DNA of 64,000 bases, from the NCBI GenBank assembly GCA_043228905.1, contig JBHGNT010000001.1, positions 20,894,001 through 20,958,000 on the forward strand, given 5' to 3'. The notes under the pieces are model-generated. The model was not told the origin of the DNA and did not search any database. It saw only the letters and a list, made by a program, of their open reading frames with translations. Positions 12,836 to 26,609 of this stretch are shown in pieces. This DNA comes from Azolla caroliniana (Eukaryota > Plantae > Polypodiophyta). Position 1 is the stretch's first letter; every line of letters starts with the position of its first letter. The position numbers and the translations under genes were made by a program.

Positions 12836-15531
12836 TCGATGAGGTTCCACAGGCGATACCCAAATTCCTCTTCAGCATAGCCGAGAAATAGACATGGTCG
12901 GCTCTTGGGATCAAGTTTCCCCTCTGGTCGTTCGCTATATGCACATAGGTCAGACAACCGATCACCCTCAAGTGCTGGTAGGACACCTCTTTGCCAGACC
13001 AGAACCTTTGTGGTATGTCACATCCAGGGGTATCTAGGGAGACCTATTTATAATGTAGACGATTGTCATCAGTGCCTCAGCCCAATATATCTTCGGTAGT
13101 TTGGCATGTGCCAGCATACATCAGACTCTCTCCATGATGGTCTGGTTCATCCTTTGGGCTAGCCCATTGAGCTCTGGCATCTTCGGCACTGTATACTCTA
13201 ACCAAATACCTTGAGATCAGCAGTATACTTCGAACTTCCCTCGATACTTTCCTCTATTATCTGTCCGGACATCTTTTGGCTTCTATCTAGATTCTCTTTC
13301 TATTCTTGCCTAGAATTCTTTGAAGACGGAAAACACCTAGTCCTTTGTCTTTTGTCCCGGCATGAAACTCCTTGATTACACTCAGTACTTGATTCTTCAT
13401 CTTCAGTAGATAAGCCCACAACTTATGACTGTAATCGTCAATGAAGATAACGAAGTATTGTCCATCGGAATGAGACCTTGCATCTACATAGCATACATCG
13501 GTGTGTACGAGTTTCAAAGCAATTTTCCTCCACATCGGGGGCCTCGATTGAAAGGTGGCTCATTTATACAGATTCACATTTTTCACCTCCGACAGGAGTT
13601 TCTTTTCAGCTAGCATCTGCATGCCCTTCTAACTCATATGGCATAGCCTCTTATGCCAGACCTCACTAGTTGTGCCAGCTACCACATTTACCTCGTTTTG
13701 GCATGGTCGTGCATGCAATACATACAATGTATTTTGCTTTTTGGCGTGAGCCACGATTAGGTTCCCTCTGCAGAATTTCCAACTCCCATTTTGAAAGCTA
13801 CCACAATTGCCTTCGTCGTCGAGTCGTCGAGTCGATATTAGGTTCAGTCTAATATCCGGTACATGGCATACATCCTTGAGTACCATTCTACAACCAGCCG
13901 ATGTCAGCAAACATACATTGCCGATTCCCACAATCCTGCATGCCCCATCATTCCCCATCTTCATGTAGCCTTAGTCGTCATTCGTATACAATGAGATGCA
14001 TTCTCTATTGGGGTCCAGGTGAAACGACGCACCGGAATCGACCACCCATGTCGATTCTTCGCCGATGAGGTTTGCTTCATTTTGTTCATAGATAAACATT
14101 AAGTCCTTGCTCACGACAATGGTTGAGGTGTTCTTGCTGTATGGAATCTTCTTCGGCTCAACACCATAAGCCCCCCCTTTTTCCTTTCAGTAGTGTCGAC
14201 CGTTCTTTTGGAAGTGTCCTGGCTCCCCAGAGTAGAAGCACGTGGGCCTTCCCTTCGACTTTGACCTCAGTCTGGATATGTCCCTGTTTTGAGAACTTCT
14301 TTGCCTGCCCCTTTCCTTTGTTGGATTAACCTTCTATGACTAGGGCCTTGTGATAAGAGATGGACTCCCTATCTTTCCAGTGAGCTTCTTCATTCAATAA
14401 GCTTGACGTCACTATCTCAAGAGACAATTGCTTCCCTGGTGGTCCCGCATTACCTAAAGATAACCACGAGCATCTCTCAGCTGTCCTTTGAAGGGATCCC
14501 AACAACAACAATGCCAATACCTCATCGGCTAGAGGTACTTCTAGAGAGGTGGTCTAGTTTATTGGTCCTTGTATTCAAGGTGTTCAGGTTCTCAACCATG
14601 CTTGAGCCATCCTGATATCTTAGTCTCACGATCTTTCTGAAGACAGAGACTTTGTTTACGGTGGCCTTGTTCTCGAACATGAACCCGATCTTGTTCCAAA
14701 GTACGTTAGTGTTTGTATCTTCATCAAAGTTGTTGTATAGGCTCATGTCTATAAAACATCTTATATATGCAACTGCCTTCAGATGCATGACTTCCCAAGT
14801 CGATGCAACGATCTTGTCAAGCTTGCTTTTCCCAAATTGTACTAACAACCATAGGTCTTTGCATACGAGCATGTCTCTCATCTTCGACATCCAGACTGAG
14901 TAGTTGGAGCCGGTTAGCTTGAACATCCCACCGAATGAGTCATCCATATTCTATTGTTTGGAGGTTAGGAACCTCGCTCTGATACCACTTTGTTGAATAT
15001 GGGATCAATTACAACCGATTGCCAAGCACAAACATGAAAGATAGAAAACTAAAATAATAGAAAATGATGCATTAACACAAAGACACAAGATATTAACATG
15101 GAAACCCTGAAATGGGAAAAACCACGGGAGACCATAGACTCCAATTTGTTCCTTATAAGAGGAGAGACTACAATGAGACTCACTGGCAACAACCTTGAGC
15201 TCGTCTTCTTCTAACTGACGGTTACACATACACACACTCTCTTTATACAGTGGTCACTAATGACTCATGGTATATAATGATTTGCCCTAAGTGTATTTAT
15301 ACTCATACACAATATGAGCTATTTACAAATATAGCCCACTAAGGGCACATTGAGGCTATTTCCAAATATAGCCCCCAGTCAAATTCAACCGATTCGGATA
15401 TTTACCGAATCGATTATTACTCCAATTTGGCCTCGACCGAATCGGGAATCGGTTGATTTTTTGGCCTCGCGTGAGTTGCTGTCAACCAATTCAGCTTATC
15501 TCTCCATCCGGAGGGACCACTTTTCCCAACA

Positions 15532-16635
15532 CTCTGTCCATCTTCAGACTCGACCGAGATGTGCTTCAATCACTTGGAGGCACTTGAGGTCCACTCAACC
15601 TAGTTGAGATTGGACTTTCTTCTAATGTATGCCTTAGTAGATCATCCTCTTTTGTCTCATGGTCGGCCAAAATCAGTTCGGATGGAGTCGGCTCTTGTTC
15701 GTAACATGATGTCGATACGTCGAAAATGACATGCCGACTCACTTAAACTTTTCGAGTAGATGGATTATAGTTCACTTGTACCCCTTTTGTTGGAGTTAGA
15801 ACCCTATGAGGATACATTTCTCTGACTTAGGATCGAGCTTCTGTCGCTTTTTGTCGAGAATATGTACATAAGCAATTGAGCCAAATATCTTGACATGGGA
15901 TAAATCTAGCTTCTTTTCGAAGAACTTCTCGTGGGGTGTGACGTTGTGCACTCCCGATGTTGTGCACCGATTCATGAGGTAGACAATTGTGTTTGCCACT
16001 TTTGCCAAATATGACTTAGGCAGGTTCTTTTCATTCATCATCACCCTCGCTACCTCTAATATGTGCCAATTCTTACGTTTGGATACTCCGTTTTGCTAAG
16101 GTGTGTGTTGGCAAGTAAATTCTCATTGAACTCATTCCTTTCAGAGATAGGTTGTAAATTCATTTGGACATGCTGATTGGTTGCCTTTTTGACTTCATTT
16201 TTAAACTTTTGGAAGTGTTCGAACACTTCACTCTTTTGTCGCATAGGAAGAATCCAGGTGTGTTTGGAGAAGTCGTTAATGAAAGTGACATAATATCGAC
16301 ATCCCCCGAATGTGGCCATTTGAGTTGGCCCCCATACATCTGAATGCATTACATCCAGGATTCCTTTGCTTATGTTCCTCTCTTTCAAAAATGGTTGTAC
16401 ATGTTTTTGGCCGCGTTGGCAAGCTTCACGCACTCTGTAATCTCCTCTGTAAAATTCGGGAGTCCGACAACAACTCCTTTCGATTGCATGCCCTTGAGCT
16501 TCTAGAGATTGATGTGGCCGATTCTTTTGTGCAACAATTCCAAGTCCGTGTCAACTTTGAGGCCTTTCGCGAACATAGCCACCTTCACCTCGTTCGAATC
16601 GAGCATGAACGTGCTACGTAGTTGACATTTGCTAG
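15532..16635 (-). mobile_element. Copia integrase fragment (host of neighbouring insertions)
   Basis: HSDVWGP and KLDPKSEKCILIG motifs (15796-16433). Confidence 0.85.
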
Positions 16636-18190
16636 TGTTAAGAATTAGGTAAGTAATTAACCAAGGGTTAATTAGTACCTAATTATGTGATTAGTTGATA
16701 AGCGGAAGATTAAGTGATATGTGTGAGAGGAAGAGAGAGAGGAAGATACACTTATGAACAACACAAGATGGGGGATGAGTAACTATATTAAATTAGCATT
16801 ATCATCATCAAATACAAAAATACCCACAATGAGGTATATATAGATCTCACGTGCAAGGCTGCACATGTGTGAAGATAATATAGGTACAAAAGTGTAAGTC
16901 CTATATTAAATGTACTTAGGAGTGGAGGATCTAGAATATCCCACCTAAGTACAAGGTCCTATTTAAGGTATTATAGTCAACACTTCTAACTAGATTCTAT
17001 CTAGGTAACTATGAAGTTACATGGTTGACTAACTAACTAAATTAAGTTGAGCTTGATCTCTCAACACCCCCCCTCAAGCTCAAGTGTGAGGTGTCCAACA
17101 TTCAGTTCTGCTTTTGGCGTTGTCTGGCTTTCGATGTTGGTGTCTGTGCAGCTTTCATCTAGCCTTTGGCTTTCTTCGCCATGGCAATCTCAGGTCCTCC
17201 CCCTCAAGCTGGTGACGAAGGCATGTAGTGTGTGAGCGAAGGCAGACTACTTCCACCCATCGTGGGTTATAAGCCGATTCGGTGGAGCTCTTGGGCTCTT
17301 GTTTGGCCGCTACCTTCATCGCGAAGGCATAGTGATGGGCCATGTACTTGTTGTAGCCGAGCTGAGTGACGGGGTTCTTAGCTCTAGATGAGCGTTGAAG
17401 TTTTTTGCATGCTGATGTGAGCGTCTTCTTTGCTCCGGGTGTCCGCATGATGGGTACACCAAACTCACTACCTAGTGAGTGAGTCGATGCATCCGAATCA
17501 CTGTCATCGGGGTTGTCGACTTCGTATTCAGGCATCTTACCTTTGCCTTTGTCCAAGTTCGTACTTGGCCGCAACGTGTTTGGGTCGCGTGGGGGCTCTT
17601 GTGGCCCACTAGGCTTTGCCTTAATCGGACTTTCTTTGAACATGTGTTCGAAGCGATCTCCATCTTCTACCTCTTCTTCGGCGGATTTCGGGTCGAGCGG
17701 AGTCGGAGTTGAAGTTGTCTCTGGTGCGTACCAGGATACAGACTCGTTGAAGACTACGTCTCAACTTACCCAAACTGCTCGAGTAGAAGGGTTGTAGCAC
17801 TTGTATGCCTTCTTCTCGGACAAGTATCCTATGAGGATACATTCCTCCGACTTCGCGTCAGGCTTTTGTCAGCTTTCGTTCGGTATGCGTACATTCGCAA
17901 TGCTTCCGAACACCTTGAGGTGTGACATGATCAGCTTCCTTCCGACAAGGAGCTCGTATGGAGTTAGCTCATGCACTCCATTAGTGGTGCACCGGTTCAT
18001 GAGATAGACGACCGTAGATGCCACGTCGGCCCAATAGAAGTTCGGCATGTGTTTCTCACGCATCATGGCATGTGCTACCTCGAGTATTTGTCGATTCTTC
18101 CTTTCGGCTACTCCATTTTGTTGGGGTGTGTGTTAGCACGAGAATTCTCTCCAAATGCCTTCACTTTGGAGGTAGGAGGTGAATTCGTCG
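16636..18190 (-). mobile_element. Copia fragment: 3' LTR (16636-17066), PPT and integrase, with RT/RH deleted
   Basis: LTR bounded by TG...CA. PPT at 17067-17078. INT motifs at 17869-18180. The linker joins the RNase H end at about 17245. Confidence 0.85.
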
Positions 18191-18641
18191 GACTATAAGC
18201 TTACCATTATTAAGCCAAATCATTTCTTTATGGATATATTATTTTATCACTATACTTTTACATGTAATTCTCATACATGAGAGCTTAGATGATGACATGG
18301 CAAGCATGCATTCCGTGCATGTCTTCCACCCTCATATGCACCATATGTATGGGGGCATCTATAAAGGAGTGGAGGAATCAAGCAAATGGGGGAGGAGGAA
18401 AAAAAATTGGACTGTAAGTTTTGGGGAAAATAATAAGAAAACTCGTTATCCTATTGATATATCTTGTCTCTCAAATCTAAAGTCAAGCATTCAATCTTTA
18501 TCTTAATCTCTCTCTCTTTCAATCTATCTTAAGTACTTTCTCACTAAAGCTAGTGCAAACTTTGAATACTTCCGGTCCAAGACCCCAGTGGTTCCGCCTC
18601 ACGATCCACACCTAGTGACGGATCTTCACGACATAATTAAG

Positions 18642-18658
18642 TGGTGAACCCGACGTGA
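18642..18658 (+). promoter_or_regulatory. Primer-binding site complementary to tRNA-Trp
   Basis: TGGTGAACCCGACGTGA is the reverse complement of the plant tRNA-Trp 3' end (...TCACGTCGGGTTCA-CCA), recalled from known sequence. Confidence 0.8.
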
Positions 18659-18986
18659 AAGAGGCGGTAGGCCGACGTGAAAGAGGCGGTAGGAAGGATC
18701 AAGTCGAGGATCAACCGATACTTCGAGATGGCGTCCTCAAGCAATCAAGCGGGAGAGTTTGAAAGGATGATGATAATCGTTGACCAAATGATGAGATCTC
18801 GAGACAACAATGCAAGCGTGGAGAAGGCCGTCGACCGTGTCGTAGAGCTCGAAGGTCAATTTGATGGAAGGAACATTACGAAGCTCCTTGACGCATACAA
18901 AAGGGAGATGAATCAAAGGGATGTGTCTGAAGCGCGGCAAATCACAAGTTTCAAGAGAGTGTTGGCTAGCAACATCCAAAGATGTG

Positions 18987-21900
18987 TGAAAAGAATTGAG
19001 TGCGGAAGCAATATAGAATACTGAACAACAGAAAATGTAGGTTTAATGGAAAGCTTAGGTTTGCACAGTACACACGGGAGAGACAAAGAGAGAGTAAACA
19101 TAGAACTTAATTCAAAAAGTTAATACTCAATCTGTACATAGGATGTGCTCAGTGAGCACTTTTATACAAGCCCTTACAATCGGGCTGACACAAGTACTAA
19201 CAGTACTTGACAGCTCATAAATGAGCCTCGACTCTTACTCCCAAAATTATTCCTTACGAGGAATATCTTTTTAACAGCCTTTCGGTTTACACACCGATAC
19301 GGCCTTCTTACGCACCGGTTTGCGTACCGGTTTACGCATCCATTTTACGCACCGGTCCGGCCTAACCAACCGGTCCCAACCGATCCGGTCCTCGGCTTGC
19401 TCAGCGGATCCGGTTGATGTTGAGCTTGTCTCTTAACACTCCCCCTCAAGCTCAACTTGAGGCTCTTCGGGATCTTCCAGATCACCGCTCTAGTTCCTCC
19501 TGGCTCCACGCCTCGCTCGTGCTCCTCGGTCTATTCGACCCTGTGTGCTTCGACCCTTCCCGTCGGTACGACCCTTCAGAGCTCCCTTGCTGTCGCGGTG
19601 TTGGCGCTTCTCCTGCTGCCTTCTTTTCCACTTGGCCCTCGGTTGATTCAGTGTCTCCGAATCAAATACTCGAACCGACTCAGCTACCTGCGATCGTTTT
19701 TTGCTCTCGTCTGAGTTGGTTGTCTCCAACTCGTCTTCGGTCTTCTTGCCCTTGACGACATCATCTCCCCCATGCTTGGTTGGCTTTGGCTGTTTCTTCC
19801 GGCTGCTCCCCTTATGTCCGTTGGACTCTTCCACGGATCCGCCCTCGGCTTCTTCAGCCGATCCGAAATCGAATTCGTCATCCGACTCGGCATCGCGGTC
19901 TTCTCCGCTCCTTTCTTGCTTCCTTTCATGGTCATTCGGGACGTCTCTCCCCCTCAAGTTCGGCACGTTGAGGTGACGCAACCCAAGTGCACCCAAGAAT
20001 TGCCGCAACTTGTCCAGACCAAGAGGCTTGGTGAAGATGTCAGCGGGTTGCCGATCCGTCGGAACATACTGAAGTTCGACTTCACTGGAGAGAACACGCT
20101 CACGGACGAAATGGTAGTGCACCTCAATGTGCTTAGTCCGGGCGTGGAAAACAGGGTTCTTGGCAAGCTGGATGCTACTGAGGTTGTCGCAGTAGATCAT
20201 CGTCGGATCAGACACCTCCTCTTGCAGGTCCTTAAGTAGCCGCTTCAACCATATGGATTTGCATGCTGCGACATCCGCTCCTCTATACTTAGCTTCGGTG
20301 CTCGATAGTGCAACTGTTGGCTGCTTCTTACTACTCCACGCGATCGTGGCACTCCCAAGAGAGAACACGTATCCGGACGTGGATCGGCAATCGGCGGCGT
20401 TGCCAACCCAATCAGCGTCGGTGTAGCCGACCAACGACGAGGCTGTACCGGTCCGATATAGTAGTCCCCGGTCCGTAGTGCCGCTTATGTACCACTGTAC
20501 GCGTTGCGCACACTGAAGGTGCTCCTCGGTAGGTCGCGCCATGAACTGACTGATCACCCCGACCGGATAACTGAGATCGGGTCGGGTGATTGTCAAGTAA
20601 ATAAGGCTTCCAACAATTTGTCGGAACCTCGTCGAGTCGCACACCTTTCCGAAATTGGGGCGAAGCTTGACGGTTCTTTCAAGAGGAGTCGAGACGAACT
20701 TACAGTCTGCCATCCCGAATTTGAAGAGCATATTCAGCGCGTAATGACGTTGACTGATCAGTATGCCTTCAAGGGTGTGGATCACTTCGATCCCGAGGAA
20801 GTAATGAAGATCCCCCAGATCCTTCATGTCGAACGATGCCGCAAGTTGGAGCTTCACGCGGTTGTTTCTCCTAGGTCGGCGTCGGTGATGACCAAGTCAT
20901 CAACATAGAGTAAAATACTGACCAGCCCGAATCGACCCTTCCGAATGAACAGTGAGGAATCCGATTTTGACGTCGCAAAGCCCATCCGATGCAGTCGATG
21001 CGTGATCTTCGCATACCAAGCACGCGGGGCTTGCTTCAGGCCGTAAAGGGACTTCTTCAATCGGCACACTGCCGACGTGTTCGTTCCGGAGTGAAATCCG
21101 GGGGGTTGTACCATGTACACTTGTTCCTCAAGCTAACCTTGCAAGAACGCATTCTTTACATCCATCTAATGTAAGTGCCACCCCTTGGCTGCGGCTACTG
21201 CGAGCAAAACACGCATGGTCGTCATCTTCGCGACCGACGCAAACGTCTCATCGTAGTCGATGCCGTATTTCTGCGCGTAGCCTTTCGCTACTAACCGGGC
21301 CTTGTATCGGTTGACCGAGTCATCGGTGTTGTACTTGACCTTGTACACCCACCTACATCCGATCGGCTTCACACCCTTCGGTGCGTCAACCAAGTCCCAG
21401 GTCTCGTGTTCCGCTAATGCGTGCATCTCTTCCTCCATTGCGGCGCGCCAATTCACGTCCTATGCCGCTTCTTTGTAGCTCTCCGGCTCACGCACTTCCG
21501 CTACACGGGTCATGTACACATAGTGATGCACCATGTACTCGTTGTAACCGAATCTCATAACTAGGTTCTTCTGGCGGGTAGATCGGCGTAATCGGTCACT
21601 AACCAATGTCGAGGTCTTCTCGGCCGACCCTCTTGAAGGCCCGTTACCGCTTCCCTCAAAGTCGGATTCCCGTTGGTCTGACTCGTTTCTATCCGTGCCG
21701 GAATGCGACACCTTTTTCTTCCCTTTCTCTTTGCGCGTAAGCCGTCTCCTCAGCTTCCTGCGCGGGGAATGTACGGCCGAGTCTCCACTACTCGCCGGCT
21801 CTTCATCGGACTTGTCGAAATGACTCAGTCGTCCATTCGGTCCACTTCACCGAAATGAAATCGGACTCTCTTCGCAGGTCCCGATTTCAGGCTCATCCAG

Positions 21901-24677
21901 AGGCATCTTAGTCTCCTTGACCTCATCTTCAGAACCCGGATTGGAGGTGAGGTTTGGAGTCGGAGGTAGGTACCAGGATGTAGACTCATCAAACACAACG
22001 TCGCGGCTCAGGCGCGCTTGTTTGGTACGCGGGTTATTGCACTTATAACCCTTCTGCTCATTCGAGTAACCGACCAAGATACACTTCTCGGCTTTCGCGT
22101 CCAACTTCCTCCTTTTCTCCTTTGGCACATGCACATACGCAATGCTTCGTCGCAAGTTAGCTTTGTTCCGAAATATAGTTGGTGCGCTGACACTTTACCT
22201 CCGATCCGATTCTGGATGTATACCGCGGTCCTTACCGCCTCGGCCCAGTAGAACTTGGGCAAGCTCTTCTCTTCCAGCATTGCCCGTGCCGCTTCCACAA
22301 CCGACCGATTTTTCCTCTCGGCCACGCCTTTTTGCTCTGTTGTAGATAACCGTTGAATTGACCGGAAAAGTATTCTTTTCCGCCATCCGACCACAGGCAC
22401 TTGATCTTTCTTCCTGTTTCCGTTTCCACGAACCCTTTGAGGTCCCGGAAATAGTCAAAGACTTCGCTCTTCCTCTCGATGAGGTAGATCCATGTGTGTC
22501 GTGTGTAGTCATCAATGAAGGAGACGAAATATCCGCTCCCGCCAAGACTAACGTTTTGTGTCAGCCCCCACACATCGGAGTGTATCAAGTCGAGCCTGTT
22601 CCGGCTCCGGTTACACTTGTTGGGGAAGGGAAGTCAGTGTTGCTTCCCAAGCTGGCAGGCTTCACAAATTTGTGCCTTCCGGCCACTAAATTTGGGCAAT
22701 TCGAACACCACTTGTTTCGATTGTAGGTCTTGAAGCCGCTGGTAGTTGACGTGGCTTATCCTCTTGTGCCATAAGTCGATGTCCGACTCGACTTTTTGTC
22801 CCTTCGCGAACATTGCAGTGCCACCGTCAGTAGAGTTGAGGATGAACATCCTCCCATCTCTGCACCCTTGCGCAATAATACGGCCTTCTTCCTCAATGAA
22901 GCACCCGAGGTGTGTAAACTGAACCTGCATCCCCTAGTCGACGATCTACCCGACCGACAACAGATTCTTCGTGATGGTTGGGACGTGTAACACGTTCATA
23001 AATTTCCCTTTCTGCCCGACATGGCTCAAGGGAACTTCACCGACATTCGCGATCGGATGCGGAGTGTCGTCTCCGGTTGCGACTACTCCTGGTTGTGTCC
23101 TCGTGGCACGTCATGTGGTTTGACGTGCCGGAGTCTACGTACCACATCTCGTTCAATTTCAGGACGGACTGATTCATTGAGTTTGCTTCGTGTCTCATCA
23201 CGAAGACTGACCCTTTTCCGGTTTCTTCGGATCCTTCGACGTAGTGAGATAACTGCCGGTTTCCTTTGTCGGTCTGTCCGGAACCTGATCCGGAGCCGTT
23301 TCCGGAACCGGTTCTCTCCGAATCGGCGCGCTTTTTACAGCACTCGTTCTCCCTGTGGCCTTCCTTGCCACAGTACCAGCAATCCGCAGCGGATTTCCCT
23401 TGCCGGTTCTCGTCGCCCCGACTCCCCCTCTTTCCGGAGGGCCCGGAATTGCTGTAGGCATCACTTCAGTGCCTTCTTCCTTGAGCCCGTCGGCCGCCTG
23501 CATTGCGTACCGACTCGCCTCGTCCGTCATGACCACGGGGCCTATCTCCCTCCGTGTACAACATCTTGCTATCGGTGTGCGTGCTTGTTGACGCACCCGC
23601 GTGGTTCTCCTCTCCCAGGAGCATCGAGTGTAAGTCAAAAAAGGATGGAGTATTCTCCTGGGTACACACAGTAGTTCGGAACGCCCTGAACTTCGACGCC
23701 AAACCCTCGAGATAGACCTGGACCATCTCGCTTTCCTCGATGTTCACATCGATGGAAGCTAAGGAATCGCATATGTCCTTAATCCTTCGAGGTATAGTCA
23801 GCCACCGACAAATCGCGTTGCCATAGGTTGCTCAACTCCTGTCGGAGCTGAAGCTTCCTAGCTATGGTGCTCGCGGCGAAAATCTTCTTCAAATTTTCCC
23901 ACACACCCTTCGGCGTTTTTGCATCCCGAACGTAGCTTAATAGTTGTTCACCCACACAAGACGCGAAGCAGTATAGCACTCTGCTCGCCGATTGTTCCCA
24001 CACCGGGAAGTCTTTGTGTGTCGAATCAGGTGTTGTGTCATTTGCACCATCGACATAGCTCCAGTAACCGTGTCCGAGCAGGTACTGGTGCATCTTGTAA
24101 GACCAAGACATGTAGTTGCTTTTGTCGAGCTTCTCCGTCGGAAGTGAGCTAGTCATTCCTCTGTCCATCAGTTTTCTTGTTCTTCTTCATTGGTTTTTCC
24201 TTCAAGCAAAGTCGGCAGCAGAGGTTCTCAACCCTCGCGCTCTGATACCATGAAATGAATTGCGTGCGGAAGTAATATAGAAATTGAACAACAGAAAATG
24301 TAGGTTTAATGGAAAGCTTAGGTTTGCACAGTACGCACGGGAGAGACAAAAAGAGAGTAAACACAGAACTTAATTCAAAAAGATAATACTCAATCTGTAC
24401 ATAGGATGTGCTCAGTGAGCACTTTTATACAAGCCCTTGCAATCGGGCTGACACAAGTACTGACAGTACTTGACTGCTCATAAATGAGCCTCGACTCTTA
24501 CTCCCAAAACTATTCCTCACGAGGAATATCTTTCTAACGGCCTTTCGGTTCACGCACCGATACGGCCTTCCTACGCACCGGTTTGCGTAGCGGTTTACGC
24601 ATCCATTTTTATGCACCAGTCCGGCCTAACTGACCGGCCCCAACCGATCCGGCCGATGTTGAGCTTGTCTCTCAACA
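18987..24677 (-). mobile_element. Ty1/Copia element F, full length, nested in the gag of Gypsy E
   Basis: TSD ATGTG/ACGTG. LTRs at 18987-19438 and 24251-24677. PBS (Met-i) at 24239-24250. PPT at 19439-19450. Gag 23779-24168, INT, RT (YVDD), and an RT/RH ORF at 19490-20857. Confidence 0.95.
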
Positions 24678-26609
24678 ACGTGTCATCGAGCCTCAAGAAG
24701 GTAAGACAACATGGTCCTAGTTCGAGAAAGCGATATTAACGGAGTTCGCGACGGAAGACTCGACAAGGATGACTCGACATGCCTTGATGAAGTGGATAGA
24801 GAAGAGGAATAAGAAGATGAGTGCCTTGAGGGTGTACGACAAATTCAACCAAATGTTTACTCGTCTCCCCAATACGGACCAAGTGCTGCTTGAGGAGGAC
24901 AAGACTTTATACTTCTTGAAAGTCGTGGACATGAAGGATAGACGAAAATTGGGAACTCTTCTCGAAGACGATACCCAAGCGAATGGGCTTGTAGCGGACT
25001 GGATCGCGGTGAAGCGGGTGTGCAATAGGCTCAACAAGTGTCGCCAATGGGTTGATGACACCGACTTGACGGGATCGACTGTCACGGAGAAAGCAAGACC
25101 GCTAAAAGTAGTTGAGCCGCTAAACCAAAGTAACGTGGAAGAAAAGAAGATTGGTGATGACATCATCGAAGAACTAGCGAAGAAGTTTGAGGCAGTCACG
25201 CTAGCCAACATGAATCATCGGGGCCCCAAACAAAAAGAACCCTTTAGATGCGTGTGGTGCGATAGCATGGACCACATGAGAAGGGATTGCACGAGCCTTC
25301 AAGACGCCATTTGACAAAATATCGTGTACATGGATGGCAACATGATCTACTCGAGTGAGACTAGGAGACCCCTACGAGTGAATTTCGGAAGAGGGGGAAT
25401 GAAGAAAGCTATGGAGGATGCCGAGGCGACTCATGTGGATGCGATGCACTATGTTGTGTTGGCCGGAAGAAGAGTCGGGAAAGACAAAAATGAAGTTGTG
25501 AAAGTGGAAGCAAAGTTTTGGTCTTCCGTTCTCGAGTATGAGAAGAAGGGGAAGGTCACATCGATCGAGGTAGAGCTTGTGGGCCGAAGCGTGCAAAGCA
25601 TAACCGGGTGGTCGGATCCAGTGGATGACAACACCATACTCGCGGAAGTGATGTGAGACAACCACGAGGTGTTCATCGAAGAAAAGAGAAAAAGAATAGA
25701 AGAGCAAGGCCCATCAAAAAGACATGAAATAAGGAACGCGAAAAAGAAAGAAGATGCAGAAACGAGTCGACCTTTACAAATGGAGGAAGGAGACGCTAGC
25801 CGAAAAGCGGAGTCGATCAAATGAGTCGAAGAAACGGTTTGGCCCGTGAAGATTGGCGTTGAAGACCCCGCTCAGAAGACAAGGACTATGCCTACCTATA
25901 AGCTAAGGTCAAACATAGAGCGGACGACAAACCTAAAGAAGATTCTTGAGGAACGCGTTCTTGATCGCCACGTGACTTTGTCCTTAAGGGAATTACTCGA
26001 CATTACGAATGAGTTCCATGACACGATCGTGGACCTTGTAAAAAGAAAAAGGCAACAATCGGACGAAGAAGAAGAGAAGCCACAAAAAGCAAAGACAAAT
26101 GCCATAACGATGGCAAGGGACGAAGTCGATGAAGATATGGTGGACAGCCACTATACTCGACCTCATTGGGCACGAGCGAATATGGAGACGCTGGTGAAGA
26201 TCGGGGAGAAGAAAGAAACCGTGGTATCCTTGATCGACCATGGCTCGGAGATCAACCTCATGTCAACCGAGTTCTACAAAAAAGGAACATGGCCAATCAA
26301 TACAAACCATGGATGGAAGATTCGAGTGGCAACAAAGTCTATGGAGGACTTGTATGGAGCTTGTCCCAATGTTAAAGTCACGATTGGGGATGTGGAGAGG
26401 GATCAACAGTTCTTCGTGCAAGAATCGACGTTGCATCCTGTCATGCTAGGACAACCGTATATCACATCATCCCGGATGGAGACCAAGGTGTTCGATAATG
26501 GAGCAGCCTTCGCGCAAATCAAGAGTCTTGACAATCAAAGATCTGTTCAATTCTTAACAGTGTGAGTTAATCATGAAAGAAATCGAGATAGTCTTGGAGG
26601 TGGATCCCT

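Larger units (their letters stand above)
7640..15531 (-). mobile_element. Ty1/Copia element C (Tork/Tnt1-like), 3'-truncated, interrupted by element D
   Basis: 5' LTR 14991-15531 (TGTTGGG...CAACA). PBS TGGTATCAGAGC at 14976-14987 (tRNA-Met(i)). Gag at 14522-14947. The integrase reading GYRLWNL|IDKKVIRSQD continues across the insertion into 7640-7798. Confidence 0.88.

Noticed and set aside
19490-19950. env-like gene in the Copia 3' extension
   Set aside because: The tail is in frame with pol, highly charged, and has no hydrophobic or transmembrane segment.
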